Positions 46,373-60,930 of a stretch of DNA of 64,000 nt are shown one piece after another; positions within the stretch are counted from its first letter, which is position 1, and the number at the start of each line of letters is the position of its first letter. The notes beneath the pieces were generated by a model. That model did no database searches, was not told the DNA's origin, and was given only the letters and a program-made list of their open reading frames with translations. Origin of the DNA: Eledone cirrhosa (taxonomy: Eukaryota); NCBI GenBank assembly GCA_964016885.1, contig OZ024740.1, forward strand, positions 367,970,001-368,034,000, written 5' to 3'. The position numbers were made by a program, and so were the translations under genes.

Positions 46373-48187
46373 GGCACTACCGCTATCAAAATACCAGGTG
46401 GGGCGCATGCAGCGGACCAATATTTATAACACAACATACCTATGAATGCATGTCGGAACAAGCTGATATCAACGACAGATCCAGCAATGCCTACCTCCTA
46501 ACGTACCCTGGATAGCCCACCACAACAATTTGCGGATTCCGACTAAAAATAATTCTGATTTGGTCTATAACCCTATGTGTGGTTTTAAATTCCCAACATT
46601 TTTAAATTTCCAATCTTGGATTTTCGATCTTAGATTCGTGGTGTTTAATTTGCTGCTTAGATGCCGGACCTAATGCTGGTCTTAAGATTAATGTCGCACT
46701 TCAGTTTAACTTTGCCTGCCGTTGATATATACACGCCTACAACACAAGCCACTGGCACATTCGAATCATGCATACATTCCACACACATTTCATATATACT
46801 GTTATAAAACACACACCCGATTTATTCCATGTATACATCCACTCCATCTACATCTCATATATACCATGAAATGGATGTTATACACATCCACAATATATAT
46901 AATTTGTTTGTGTAAGGTCCCCATGTGTCCACCAGCCATGAGACCTGCATCATGTGAAAACTCTTACCCAGTACCTTAGATCGCCATTCTCCATGTATAC
47001 TATATAACCATATGCCCCACAGCCCTCAAGTATTTTATGCAACTTTACGCACACCCCAATAATGTCCGGTCCCTCTCTGCATCCTTGTCATGTATACGCT
47101 CCATTTTCCAGCATTTTATTTTATTTTATTTCATATTATATTATTTTATATTATTTTATTTCATGTACGAACATGCATTTATATATATATATATATATAT
47201 ATGTGCCACCCAAGTTATATGTGATTAGCGCAAGGATACTACGCAGCTATAACATTTATGCATATTGTGCATGCACTTTCGGGCTTATATCCCCACATGA
47301 TCGGGCTGGGTCCAAGCCTCAAGAACGCTGTCCCATATATAACTATGTGTACCATGTGCACAGCTGCGCGTGTGTGTACGGATGTGAGCGTATTCACCAA
47401 GTATGCGCCCTCGATATGAGCGTGCGCGGGCGTATGTATATATGTGCATCCTCGCAGATATGCATGCGCACGATTATGAACATGTCTGAGTGGATGTAAT
47501 TGTATGAACATGTCTGTGTGATGGTATGAATGCCTGCGTGTAGATCTTTCTTTTTTACATCTGTGTATATAGTTGCAGCGTCTCAAATGTACACGCTTCC
47601 CTGAGTACAGTGTGTGAGTGTAGATATGTGTATATTTATAAAAAATGCCTTCGAAATAAATATTTCTGAAAGGCCGTTCCAAGCATTCATTTAAAAATGT
47701 ACCTTATACATAGTTTTTTTTTCTTTTTCCTTTTGAAACATGTATGTTTTAAAGTATTCTGAAGCTGTGTTCTTGAAACATTATGCTAAATATTTTTCTA
47801 ATATTTTTCTAATATTTTTCTAATTTGATTTAAAAATTCCCTCCAAACATTATTTACGGTGATCGTCGCATACAATACGGTTGAGGGTGTTTACGCCATC
47901 GGTGTAGAAGTGGGCGCCTAAAGACAGTGAAGAAGTGTAAGTGCCGCCAGCATTTCAAACATACAACCCCTTATCTACTACAGTAGTAATTCCGACCTAA
48001 GAAACAAATTTGATTGACAGGTGGAGAAGGAAATGAACCAAATAGTGGACAACCATGAGTGGCTAGAAATACTGATGACGTGTACAATTCTTGACCACTC
48101 ATAGAATGACAACAACAGGATCTAAGCCGATAAGCGAAGTATATCGATGTAAAAGGACTTAGGAAAATCTGCCTCGTAGAATCAATA

Positions 48188-48279
48188 CGTATCTGAGGAC
48201 CTTCCGATTTTCAGAGTCAGGTTCGATCATCACATATATCGTACCAGGAGCTGGTCGCCAGAGAAACGATTGTAATATG
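48188..48279 (+). ncRNA. Type I hammerhead ribozyme in PLE 3' pLTR (candidate)
   Basis: cgtat CTGAGGA [stem II region] GAAA cgattg TA atatg; same sense as the GIY-YIG ORF. Confidence 0.6.
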
Positions 48280-48924
48280 TCCAATAAATTCCATTCGTCG
48301 CAACACTGATTCTCTTTTTTCTGTGATATATATATATGTATATATATATAGAGAGAGAGAGAATAAGAAAAAGCGAAATAGTTTCAGATGTTAAAGTCCT
48401 TTAATGATAATTTCTGTGATACATATTTCAATGACGAGAGTGGCCACATGGTTCGGTGAACCCAGTGCCGTGACATCATCAGAGAGCTCCTTACATAATA
48501 AGGTTATGTTTCCGAGTGGAGGTGTTGCATAGGAGATTTATTGCTCAATCCTGGTTACAAATGTTTCTCAAGCAGCTGGCTCGTGATCTGGGTGGGTTGC
48601 CACTCGAGACCAGACTCCAAGTCTGCCTGATCCTCAGACCAGTGTTAACGGAACAAAAATCACATCAAATCTGAAGACGTTCCTGATAGGCACAAATATA
48701 TATATAGAGAGATTATAGAAATATCTTCTACATGGCTAGAGTTGAGCTATTCATAAGAAATCATGAAGATATTCAGAAAATGTTTGTCAGCTTCAGTAGT
48801 TATAATTTCCTTATTTTCCGTGTAAACAATGTTGGGAGGGGTGATGAAATAGGACAAATAGGCTGATACTAGTGTGACGGATAGAGAGAGAAGGCTGGGA
48901 TTTAGTAGGTGAAGATTGTTATTC

Positions 48925-49170
48925 TGCACGGAAGTCCTTTATTTAACATGGAAGATCACATCTGCCGAATAATAAGTCTGACACCCCCTTCGATGTTAGA
49001 AGTGGGGCGAGTGTCACATCCGAGATTAACCACCTCATGGGGCTAAATGTACTAAACGAACTAATGACCGATTTCACAGAAATTAGCGGGAACATATATG
49101 TTGATGATGGGGTTTTCTCTCTAAACAAATCAACCCCAGAACCACGCGACCAACATTACAGAACCCCTCA
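48925..49170 (+). pseudogene. Penelope-like RT fragment, degenerate
   Basis: KSDTPFDVRSGASVTSEINHLMGL..GNIYVDDGVF aligns by eye with KSNSTPFDVSMGASDSAEVTDLIGL..YRDDGL at 39.0-39.2 kb. Confidence 0.75.
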
Positions 49171-49500
49171 GAAGAAATATACGTCTTAGAATTTTGGGAC
49201 GCTCAGTGAACAAGAACAATTGTAATATGACCGCACCATTGGAACGAGGTGCCGAGTAGAATGGCGTCCCTAAATCTCAAATGTTGGACAGAGGTGGTAA
49301 TGGCGAACATCGCGTCGGCCATCTGCTACAAGCTGGCCCCCATGTTTGGTCCTAAGCCCTGTTTGACTGCTTATATTTCGCTTTTTACGGAAGTGGTGAG
49401 TTACGATTTGTCAGGTCGTCCATCTTCTGTCAACTCCTGCTGTGTGTATATATGCATATATATATATATATAAACATATATGCATATATATATATATATG

Positions 49501-49602
<102 letters not shown>

Positions 49603-51680
49603 TCGGAGAGTTAAAGATGTGTGTATCTGTATCTGAAGGTCTACTTGCATGTATAGTCTTGATCGTTATCGGATCGATATGTAGAACGGAAAAGCTTGTG
49701 ACATGTGCATTAATTTCTGGTTATAACCCTTAACGCTCAGATTGGACTTGAAATACTCCTTAATAGATCCTTAATTCATGTTCTGTTCTGTTCTGATGAT
49801 GATCATTATAATTCTTCTATTATGTACATCATGTATTGTTTCGTGAAGCATTCATAAATCTATTACCACACAATAACAATACTTGTCAAAATTGGCTGAA
49901 GGTGCATTAATATATTAGTTTTTTCCGGATAGAATCTGTTTCTCGATTTACAGGTAGAATTTCTTCATCGCATATATATATATTCGGCAAGTTCCATCAG
50001 TTAAGGAAACATGACCGATATGCGAAACATCAAGAGAATCAATATTAGGTTCCTTAATTATAGCTCCTTCATATCACCTCGTGCGGTCCTCATTATCAAT
50101 TGTGAGCTGACTAAAATTATTTCAGAACGAATAAAATTGCAAGTCAATATGACGGAAGTAGCATTATTCTGTACAATAATAATATATATTATAATGGGAA
50201 ATTATAATATATCAAAACCTAGAAGAGATGGTAACAGTTCTTCCTTAATTCAATGAATCTAAATATAATTAAATGAAATGTTTAACGTATATCTCTGGAT
50301 AAACCCCCTATCTTCGATCAGATAGATATAGGAACAGGTGTATCGATCTTTGGCTAAATTTAATAATTTTCAAATATTATTGTTATATTTTTTTATGGGA
50401 ATAACGAAAGAAAAAGATAAAGGTGTGTACAATACCATCAATATGAAACAGGTGTCTTAACAATTTCCTATTTTATATAACGATGAGACAATATATAAAA
50501 TCTACAACGAGTAAGACATTAGGCTACCTTTGTCTAACAACAGCTTATTTTTCAGTAAAATGCATCTGATAACTGAATGCGTGATAGAATTGATTATAAC
50601 TGGCAGGTCTCTGCAAAAGTTTTTTTTCCAAAATGTAGCACTGCGGTCCATAAATATTACAATAGTGTAGTTCTTGGATGTCAGAGGTCAAAATCAACGG
50701 TAGAGGCAACACATGTTCGACAAAAAAAAAAATTACAATATAGAATTAACTTTTTATCGAGAGTAATTGAAGCAAATCAACGAATCCGTTTTATCCGTTT
50801 TAGATGATAGCAACTAAAATATGAAACACACATCCTTCTGTTATGCTGTTATTAAAATGTGTGTGAATACATTACAGGGCTTCCTATTCTCCATGAAGAA
50901 CACATTATATAGAGTTTATGACAACTGTAAATTAAATGTAAACTGCAACCATGAATATATCTAGATATAAGGAAATACATGAATATCCGTTTTGAAGGGT
51001 TTAAATTGTTATTAATATGAATTTCAAAAAGAGAAATATGGAACAAATGCAAGCAATTTCTGAAGATGTGGTTAACTTGAAATTGAATGGTATTCCTCCA
51101 ACTTTCAAGAAGTAGACAAATACTATATCAATGAAATTTATGTAATAAACCATACATGTTGCATCTCCTTTCGATTATTGATGAAAATCCTTCCTTTAAA
51201 AGAAATTATTGTATTGATTCACAAATATTGTGAATGTACGTAAAATATAAAATAGCAGGATGTGAAACTGTCAAATATCTGAATAGCAGGTAATTTACAA
51301 AACCTATGAGGCTGAAACACAACATCTCCTATGATGTAAATTTACTGATGCAAGAGTTTACATTTGGAAGATTCTGTGGAAACAACAATGATTTGAAGAA
51401 CATTACAAACTTGATGTAAATGAATGTTTGATTAATGTATCTCTATATATACACAAATGATGTTTTTAAACACACACAGACCCACACTGAGACACATACA
51501 CACACAAACATATAAACACATATGTGTAGTTGGTAGCCATAACATGCAGACTGTAAATACCATGTGTCAGACTCGATCGTCACTTGTCATAACTTGAAGT
51601 GTTCAATTGCGTAAAATAATTATGCGACATTAAAATATTGATAATTTGTTAACGTTCGCTTATATATGTATGTATGTATG

Positions 51681-53073
51681 TTCTTCTGGTTTTATAATTT
51701 CACAAAGTTTTACGAATAGAGAGAGAGTTAGTTTCTAACATAGACACAAGACTCTCTCATTGGAATTTACACAACATCAACTAGGTAGATATATATGTAT
51801 GCATGCATGTGTAGATATGGATGTTATTGTATGTGTGGATGTGTATGTTTTGAGTTGTATGTGTGCATGTGTATATGCTTTGTATTTGTACATGTGTATA
51901 TGCAGTTATTAGATACAACATTTCTGGAATGTTTTACATATTTTACTGTTCCAAGAATGGATTGTACTTGTAATTTCCTAACTAGTTGTGTTCTTTCTGT
52001 TCCTGTGAAGCCTAGCTTCTCAAGATTTGTATTGAGGCAGTTACTAACATATCCCAGTGCCCCAATAATCACAGGCATAAATCTGAAGGTGTAATCAGGG
52101 TCGAATATCTGCAGATTTCTCATCAGTTCTGCATAAATATTCTCCTTTTCACTAATCTTTGATATTATATTGGCATCTGCTGGGCAGCTAATTTCCACTA
52201 CTGCGCATGTTTTCTTCTCCCTGTCCCATATCATAATATCTGGTCTGTTATGCCTGCATTTTATTGGGGTTTTTACTGGAACATTCCACCAGTACTCTTT
52301 CATATTATGTACATGGATGTCTTCCATGTTGCTGTAGCTTTTAATGTGTTTATTGTCGATGCTATCTTTTTTACGAACTTCATTGTACAGTGCTTTGGCC
52401 ACTACATCATGCATCATAGGTAGATAGTACCGCGATGACATATTTGGACAGTTGCTGATGAGATGGGTGATATCCCCGATGTTAGTTCTGCAGAGTCTGC
52501 ACTTGTTATCACATCTAGGTGTTTTGCCTGCATCCCTATCTCTTTTTTGAATCAGGTATTTCGTGTTAATCTCCTGTTCTTGGATTGCAAAAGCGTATCC
52601 TTCAAAATGGGAGCCAATATAGCGGTTGTTGGTCCAAGATAGATTACTTTGCTTATCTATATTACTCTCACTCTGGAGCTTCCTGGCAACATATCTATGC
52701 ATCACTTTTTGCTGATAGGCATGCAGTTTTTCATCCATGGCTTCACTGCGATATTTGCTGAGCGACCTCCTTGGGTATAAGTTTTTGATTATCACACAGG
52801 GAATATCTCTCGAGGAGTTCCTTCCCAACTCTCATGATCTTATCTGTTTCATGCAGATAGACTTGCTCGAGAAACGGGCTCCTACGCTTCAAGGTTCGTA
52901 GATGTTGCCGGAGAGATATGCGACATTTAAATGTTGTCTGGACTGATGTTAGGCCCCTCTGCCTCCCTGCTTACGTTTCAAGTAAAGGCGGTCTATGTCA
53001 CTGTTGATGTGAAAGTTTCCGGTATTGTTTAGTATTTTTCGAGTTCCAACACCAACTGCTCGGATTTCGTCTA
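51681..53073 (-). mobile_element. 5'-truncated RLE non-LTR retrotransposon (R4/Dong-like), copy 1
   Basis: ORF 51824-52828 has a CRLC..H...C zinc knuckle, RYY..HD and HNRPDI..VEISCP endonuclease. TATG repeats at both ends. Confidence 0.9.
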
Positions 53074-54192
53074 TGTATGTATGTATTTTTTGTGTATGTC
53101 TGTATGCGTGTATGTATGTATGAACGTGTTTCTGTGTGTTTATGTATGTATATGTTTATGTATGTTCTTCTGGTTTTATTTCTTCACAATTTCTTTCCAC
53201 TAGACAGAGAGTTGCTTTCTAACATAGATACAATACTCTCTTATTGGAATTTATACAACATCAACTAGGTAGATATGTCTGCATGTCTGCATGTATGCAT
53301 GTGTGTTCAGGTATGGATGTTATTGCATGTGTTGATGTGTATGTTTTGAGTTGTATGTGTGCATATACATATGCTTTCTATCTGTACAAAAGTGTATATG
53401 CAGTTGTTAGATGCAGAATGTTTGGAATAATTTACATATTTTTACTGTTCCATTAATGGATTATTATACTCGTAATTTACTAACCAATCGTGTTCTTTCT
53501 GTTTTTGTGAAGCTCAGCTTCTCAAGAGTTGTATTGAGGCAGTTACTAACATATCCTAGTGCCCCAATAATCACAGGCATAAATCTGAAGGTCATTAGTT
53601 CTGCATAGGTATTCTCCTTTTCACTAATCTTTAATATGGTATTGCCTTCTGATGAGCAGCTTACTTCCACTTCCTTTTCCCATATCATTATATCTGACCT
53701 GCATATTATTGGGGTTTTACTGGAACATTCCACCAGTACTCTTTCATATTATGAATATGTATGTCTTCCACATTGCTGTAGCTTCTACTGTGTTTATTAT
53801 CGGGGGCTATATTTTATATAGATTGCATTGTACAGTGCGTTGGCCACTACATCATGCCTCATAGGTAGCTAGTACTGAGATAACATCTTTGGACAGCTGC
53901 TTAAGATATGGTTGACATCTCCGATGTTAATTCTGCAGAATCTGCACTTGTTGTCATATCTAAGTGTTTTGCCTGCATGCCTATATCTTTTGTGAATCAG
54001 GCATTTTGTATTGATTCCCTGTTCTTGGATTACAAAAGCGTATCCTTCAAAATGGGATCCAATATAGTGGTTGTTGGTCCAAGATAGACTACTTTACTTA
54101 TCTATATTACTCTCAATCTCGTCGTAAATACTCAACCCCTATTTCGTCAGTAGCCCGTAAGATTTCATTATTTGGTTTTATTTTATTTAGTA

Positions 54193-55143
54193 CTAGCAGT
54201 AAAGCCCGGCGTTGCTCGGGGTCGCTCAGTAGCTGTGTTAAAGTTACAATGTTAAGTTTCTTTCTTGGCTTAAAAACTGTAGTGTCTACTGTGCAGACTT
54301 GCATGTGGTGCTTTTGATTAATATTCCCTCAACCAACAATATGCCTTATGAAGTTAAGAAACATAACGATAACCCGAATGTTATAACAAAAGAGGATGCT
54401 GGGGATAGAAACTGCACTGGTTATTTATTAACAAAGATCGAAAATGTAAACACTGCAACGCAGAGAAAAACATTAGCGTAACCAAATTATCAGTTATGTC
54501 TGTCTGCACGCCGATATCACCTCTCTGCACGACTATCTGTCTGCACGCCTATATCACCTCTCTGCACGACTGTCTGTCTGCACGCCTATATCACCTCTCT
54601 GCACGACTATCTGTCTGCACGCGTATATCACCTCTCTACACGACTATCTGTCTGCACGCGTATATCACCTCTCTGCACGACTGTCTGTCTGCACGACTGT
54701 CTGTCTGCACGCCTAACGACGAAATATTTGCTTGTTTTACGTAGTCTTTAAATAGACTTGTTTTCAAGTAAAAATATTGTTTTAAAATGCTTTTAAATGG
54801 AAATGAAGCAAAACGGAAGCTTAGTGTTCGAACTGATGAATTTTGCAGGTCAATTTTTTGCTGGCTCGACAACTGTTAAAGCCAGCGTAATTTTTTACGT
54901 AAGACGCTCAATGTAAACAGAACAAAGGGAAATAACTGATCACTTACGCTCAAAAATCGATACATTATATTCGATTTCGTCACATAGGGTGGGTCAATTT
55001 GAAATTTTTTTTTTTCCGATGTCTTCGCTAGGGCTCACTGTACAAGTATAGCAATTTCGGTGCAATTCCGTGAGAGATTCTAAGAGGAGATGTGTGCCAA
55101 AAATCGATAGACAGACAGACAACCACAGTTTTATATATATAGA
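54193..55143 (-). mobile_element. Non-autonomous Helitron
   Basis: Minus strand reads A|TCTATATATATAAAAC ... hairpin cccgagcaacgccggg .. CTAG|T, with no target-site duplication. Confidence 0.85.
54497..54713. repeat. Minisatellite of about 37 bp inside the Helitron
   Basis: About 5-6 copies of tgtctgtctgcacgcctatatcacctctctgcacgac. Confidence 0.9.
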
Positions 55144-56028
55144 TTGTTGTTTTATTAGAGTTCAGCAAGAGAAATGTTCATAGATGAATTAATTTCTCTC
55201 TGGAAGATTTAGTTGACAACAACTTTCAATTGTTTATACATTTGATTATTTTTATTGATAGTGTTTACGACAACAGTCGTGGCAGACTCAGTTGCTACAC
55301 GTTGTCTCAAATTTCTTACTGACAGAGTTGTTTCAAGGCAATGTTCGGCCTGACTGTTAGGAAGTCTAGTAGCATGGCGACATGTAGAACGTGTTGTTGA
55401 TTCCATGTTTGTTATGGTGAACTTACAATTTAAGATATTTATCTTATTTTTACGTTCAACACACGTCGCTTGTTGGCGTAATTGTTTGGCTGTTAAAGTG
55501 ATTTATCTATGGATGTATTTTGTCCCAGTGTAGCTTCATTCTGTTCATATAGCCAACGAATGGATTTTGCCAATTTATAACACTTAAATAAATCATCATT
55601 AATTTCGCCGATCCGAGAGGAATACGATTTGTAGTTTCAGTTTCTTCTGTAGCTACAAAAGAATAAATTTTGTTTAAGTTTCTCTTTGATTTTCTCACTG
55701 GTGTTCTTTGGTAAATTGTTTTCTTTCCTAGTGTTCAGTAAATTGTTGATGTTGTGTTCACCCATGCTGGTTGTAGTATATCCTTGTCAAATGAATTATA
55801 TAGTTATTTGGATAGCTCTACGAATTCGAATAAGGGGTTTCTTCAGTGGATATAGTTAGAAAAATATCAAATTATTCAATACGACTGGTAGTTGTTGCAT
55901 TACTGTTGGAGATAGTATTCATCTGAAATTTAATAAATAGTTTCCCACGCCAAAATATGCGACTGATCGCGTTGACTGACTGTCTATGTATGTATGTATG
56001 TATATATGTGTGTGTGTATGTATGTATG

Positions 56029-59000
56029 TTCTGGTTTTATAATTTCACAAAGCTTTACCAATAGAGAGAGAGTCGGTTTCTAACATAGACACAAGACTCT
56101 CACGTTGGAATTTACACAACATCAACTAGGTAGATATGTATGTATGCATGCATGTGTAGATATGGATGTTATTGTATGTGTGGATGTGTATGTTTTAAGT
56201 TGTATGTGTGCATGTGTATATGCTTTTTTATCTGTACATATGTATATTCAGTTATTAGATCCAAAATGTTTGGAATGTTTTACATATTTTTACTGTTCTA
56301 TTAATGGATTGTACTTGTACTTTCCTAACTAGTTGTGTTCTTTCTGTTCCTGTGAAGCCTAGCTTCTCAAGATTTGTATTGAGACAGTTACTAACATATC
56401 CGAGTGCCCCAATAATCACAGGCATAAATCTGAAGGTGTAATCAGGGTCGAGTATCTGCAGATTTCTCATCAGTTCTGCATAAATATTCTCCTTTTCACT
56501 AATCTTTGATATTATATTGGCATCTGCTGGGCAGCTAATTTCCACTACTGTGCATGTTTTCTTCTCCCTGTCCCATATCATAATATTCGGTCTGTTATGC
56601 CTGCATTTTTGGGGGGCTTTTATTGGAACATTCCACCAGTACTCTTTCATATTATGTACGTGGATGTCTTCCACATTGTTGTAGCTCTTAATGTGTTTAT
56701 ATCGGGGCTATCTTTTTTACGAACTGCATTGTACAGTGTTTTGGCCACTACATCATGCCTCATAGGTAGATAGTACCGCGATGACATCTTTGGACAGCTG
56801 CTGATGACTTGGGTGATATCCTCGATCTTAGTTCTGCAGAGTCTGAACTTGTTATCACTTCTAGGCGTTTTGCCTGCATCCCTATCTCTTTTTTGAATCA
56901 GGTATTTCGAGTTAATCTCCTGTTCGTGGATTGCAAAAGCGTATCCTTCAAAGTGGGAGCCAACATAACGGTTTTGGTCCCAGATAGACTACTTTCCTTA
57001 TCTATATTACTCTCACTCTGGAGCTTCCTGGCAACATATCCATGCATCATTTTTTGCTGATAAGCGTGCAGTTTTTCATCCATGGCTTCACTGCGATACT
57101 GATGAGCGACCTCCTTGGGTATAAGTTTTTGATTATCACACAGGGAATATCTCTCGAGGAGTTCCTTCCCAACTCTCATGATCTTATTTGTTTCATGCAG
57201 ATAGACTTGCTCGAGAAACAGGCTCCTACGCTTCGAGGTTCGTAGATGTTGTCGGAGAGATATGCGACATTTAAATGTTGTCTGGACTGATGTTAGGCTC
57301 CTCTGCCTCCCTGCTTACGTTTCAAGTAAAGGCGGTCTATGTTGATGTTGAAGTTTCCGGTGTTGTTCTGTATTTTTCGAGTTCCAACATCAACTGCTCG
57401 GATTTCGTCTATCGTCCAATTGAGTATTCCAAACGTTGGTGTTAGGAAAGGCACAGCAAACATATTGTGAGCCACTGTTTTGTTTTGCGCAGAGAGTTCC
57501 GATGACCAGATCTTTCTTAATCGGGTGTATTATTCCCTGGTTACGCGTTCTTTATTACAGATACCATTATAGGATATGTTCTCATCTATCCCCAGGTATC
57601 TGTAGCAGTCCTCATCAGATATCGATGAAACAGTTAGACCATTGATGACAATGTTGCTAGATTGGGTTGTTGTTTTTCCCCGCTTTACAGTCATGTATGA
57701 GCATTTATCTTGGCCAAACTCCATTCCTATATCCTTTGAGAACGTTGTAACCAGGTCAAGATTTTTCTTCATCCCATCCATGTTCTTGGCATAGTTTCAG
57801 ATCGTTCACAAAGAAGTTATGTGTTAGGTTCGTATTTCCGTCCTTCTGTGAGCTAATGATGTATCTCTCACATTTCTTGAGCAGAAAGGAGAAGGGGTTT
57901 AATGACAAGATGAACAATATCACAGACAGACTGTCTCCCTGAAATATACCCCTGCAATATTTTATTTTACCAGTGAAAATAGAGTCCTCCCTCTCTGTCC
58001 TTAACCTTAGGATAGTAGCCCAAGAAGAAGACAGCCTATCTATGGCTCTGACAATAATGTCTGGGACTTTACTATGTCGGAGGGCCTATATCATCCAAGA
58101 GTGGGGAACATAATCGAAAGCTTTCACGTAGTCCAGCCAGACTGTAATCATATTCCTCCTAAGTTGTCGCACCTCCGAAATCGCAGTTTTGTTGATTAGG
58201 AGTTGTTCAGCACATCCCCAAACCCCTTTCTTTCCAGCTGCTTGTTCATCTGTGATGATGTAATTATTTTCACAGTGATCTTGGAGGAATAGGTTCAGGC
58301 AGGCTGTATACATCTTATACATCAGGTTCTGGCATACAATGGGTCGGTAGTTTTTTTGCCAAGTGGGTGTCTTTGTTCTTGGGGACCAGTAACGTTTGTG
58401 CTAATGTCAATCATTCTGGTATAAGTGTATCTCCCTTAAGAATTTGTTGGTAGAGGTCAGTAAGATACCTCCGATAGAATATTAGTTTTTGTGTACCAGT
58501 AGCCGACAATCATGTCTATTCCTGGTGTTTTCTTATCTTGGAATTTTCCTATTACAGTCTCAAGGGTACCCTCACTTATTTCGTATGTTTTGTTGTAGTG
58601 TAGGAGCAATAGTTCTTTCGGATTTCTCTAGCCACACTGCATCTTGGTTGAAATTCTTCTTTTCACCCCATATTTTAATCCAAAAGGAATCTATGTCTTT
58701 CTTGGATGGGGCCTCAGTGACAATTATTATTTTGCCCTTCATATCTCTATAGACTGATGTTTGGTTTCGTCTGAATCTTTTATTAAGCATTTTTCTCTCA
58801 TCTACCTTCTTCAGGTATCGGCGTTTTTCGCTAACAGCTCTCAATTCTTGCTTGAGGGTGATCAGCTTATATTGGAGAGTTCTGGTTCTACTGTTACTAA
58901 ACATTGTCTCTATTTTATTTTACACTCTTTGTTGGTGAGGAGTGAAGTTTTTTTGTGTTTGTTTGCATGTAAGGAGCATTGTCACATGTCCTATGTTTTT

Positions 59001-59994
59001 CGTAGGTCAGCACTCTTTTTTTCTATTTTAGTTATATATGATGGTTTTTTTGGTGGTGCTTTGTTCTTGTTAATATCTCTGCTATCACCAATATAATGCT
59101 TCACTGTCATTGCTAAGGCATATAAACAGGCGTTGATTTTCCAAAATGTTGGGTTTTTTATCCGTCGTAAATAAACATCCCCTATTTCGTCAATAACTCG
59201 TAGCATTTCATTATTTGGTTTTTTGTTCAACATTGTCGTTTTAACACGTTCAGCAAGAGAGATATTTATACATGAGTTAATTTCTCTCTGGAAGATTTCG
59301 TTGAGGGAAATTTTCAATTGTTTATACTTTCGATTATCATTATCGATAGTATTTTCCACAACAGTCGAGGTGGACTCGGATGGTATACGTGGTGTCACAT
59401 TTCTTCGATTATTATTATTATTTCTTCGATTATTATTATTATCGATAGTGTTTTCCCCACCATTCGAGGTAGACCTAGATGGTACAGGTGGTGTTAAGTT
59501 TCTTACAGGCATAGTTGTTTCAAGGTGATGTTCGATCTGGCTGCTAGGAAGTCTAGTAGCATGGCGATCTGTAGCACGTGTTGTTGATTCCATGTTTGTT
59601 GTGGGGGACTTACAATTATGAATATTTATCTTATTTTTACGTTCAACAAACGTCGCTTGTTGGCGTAATTGTTTCGCTGTGAAATAATTTAACTCTGGCT
59701 GTATTTCGTCCCAGTGTAGCTCCATTTTATTCATATAGCCAATGGAGGGATTTTTTTTTGTCATTTTATAACAATTAAATAAATCATTATTAAGTTCGCA
59801 ACTCCAAGAGAAATGCGATTTATAATTTCGGTTTCTTCTGTAGCTACAACTGAATAAGGTTTGATTACCTTCTTTGTTATTTGTCTTCGATACTTCCTTA
59901 ATTTTTTTGTTGATGTTTTGTTCAGCCATGCTGTTTGCTGCAAATCCTTGTAAAATGAATGATGTATTTAGTCGGATATTTCTACGAATTCGAA
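56029..59994 (-). mobile_element. Near full-length RLE non-LTR retrotransposon (R4/Dong-like), copy 3, frameshifted
   Basis: Single ORF from ATG 59929 to stop 56255, broken into pieces: WLDYVKAFDYVPHSW, GIFQGDSLS, THNFFVNDLKL, YRYLGI, R..GGRG, HNRPNI..VEISCP. Confidence 0.92.
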
Positions 59995-60012
59995 TGTATG
60001 TATGTATGTATG

Positions 60013-60856
60013 GTTTCTCTTTCTCTTAATTTTGAGTATATTTTTTTGACCGGCCACCTTCCTGGTGGCAAGGTTGTAAAAGAAAAGAAATTGTCATCCC
60101 TTGAATCGCAAGAATGTTTTGCAAATTTTGAAGGTGCCAGCCATCGCAGCCATTTGTAGACTATGAATTAGGGAGCTGCGCTTTTTGTCCGCAAATCCAA
60201 GTTCAGTCATACTTTGGTCCAAGCGGGTTGGTATATAACCCGTAGCACCAATAATGATGGGTATGAAGCTAAAGGTGTATCTTGGATACTGGATTTGTAA
60301 ACTCCTCATCAATGGTCCGTAGATGTCCTCCTTCTCCTGTATTTTTCTGACAACGTTTACATCAAGTGGGCAGCTGATCTCCACAACAGAACACGTTTTC
60401 AATGTGTGGTCCCAAACTACAATATCAGGCCGGTTGTGCTTTAATCTGGTGGCAGTTTTTATTTTCAGGTTCCACCAGTATTCCTTAGTGCCATCTGTCT
60501 CAATATATTCTTCCTCGTTTGTTGTTAATTTTGTTTTCCGAAGTGCGTTCCAGATGGTTCTAGCTATCCCATCGTGTCTCATGGGGAGGTAGTAGCGAGA
60601 TGACATTCTTTCGCAGCCGGCAACAATGTGGCTTACATCCTCGATCTTTGTTTTACATAGCCTACATTTATTGTCAGCTGCTGGCCCTCCTCTTTTGTGC
60701 AGCAGATATTTGGTAGGGAGTTCTTGTTCCTGTATTGCATAGAGATATCCCTCAAGGTGTGATGTCATAAACTTGTCGGAAATCCATGCCAGGCTTTTTG
60801 AGTGGTTTACCCCCTCTATGGTCTGTGTTTTACGCCTCAAGTATCCATGCACAACT
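60013..60856 (-). mobile_element. 5'-truncated RLE retrotransposon of a second, related family (copy 4)
   Basis: ORF 60094-60852 has CRLC..H...C, RHD and HNRPDIVVWD..VEISCP; different 3' UTR; (TATG)n on both sides. Confidence 0.9.
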
Positions 60857-60930
60857 ATGTATGTATGTATGTATGTATGTATGTATGTATGTATGTATGT
60901 ATGTATGTATGTATGTATGTATGTATGTAT
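60857..60930. repeat. (TATG)n microsatellite
   Basis: About 18 perfect units; another run lies at 61368-61423. Confidence 0.97.

Larger units (their letters stand above)
45596..48329 (+). mobile_element. 5'-truncated Penelope-like element with inverted pLTR segment
   Basis: 45596-45723 is the reverse complement of 48205-48329 and encloses a GIY-YIG ORF. Confidence 0.8.
53165..55984 (-). mobile_element. Diverged, internally deleted RLE retrotransposon, copy 2 (interrupted by a Helitron)
   Basis: 53165-54113 is homologous to the 3' part, and 54118-54192 plus 55144-55830 to the 5' part, of copy 3. The RT region is missing. Confidence 0.85.

Noticed and set aside
54497-54713. Regular repeats of about 37 bp resembling a CRISPR array
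   Set aside because: Contiguous tandem units with no unique spacers, no cas genes, and located inside a Helitron.
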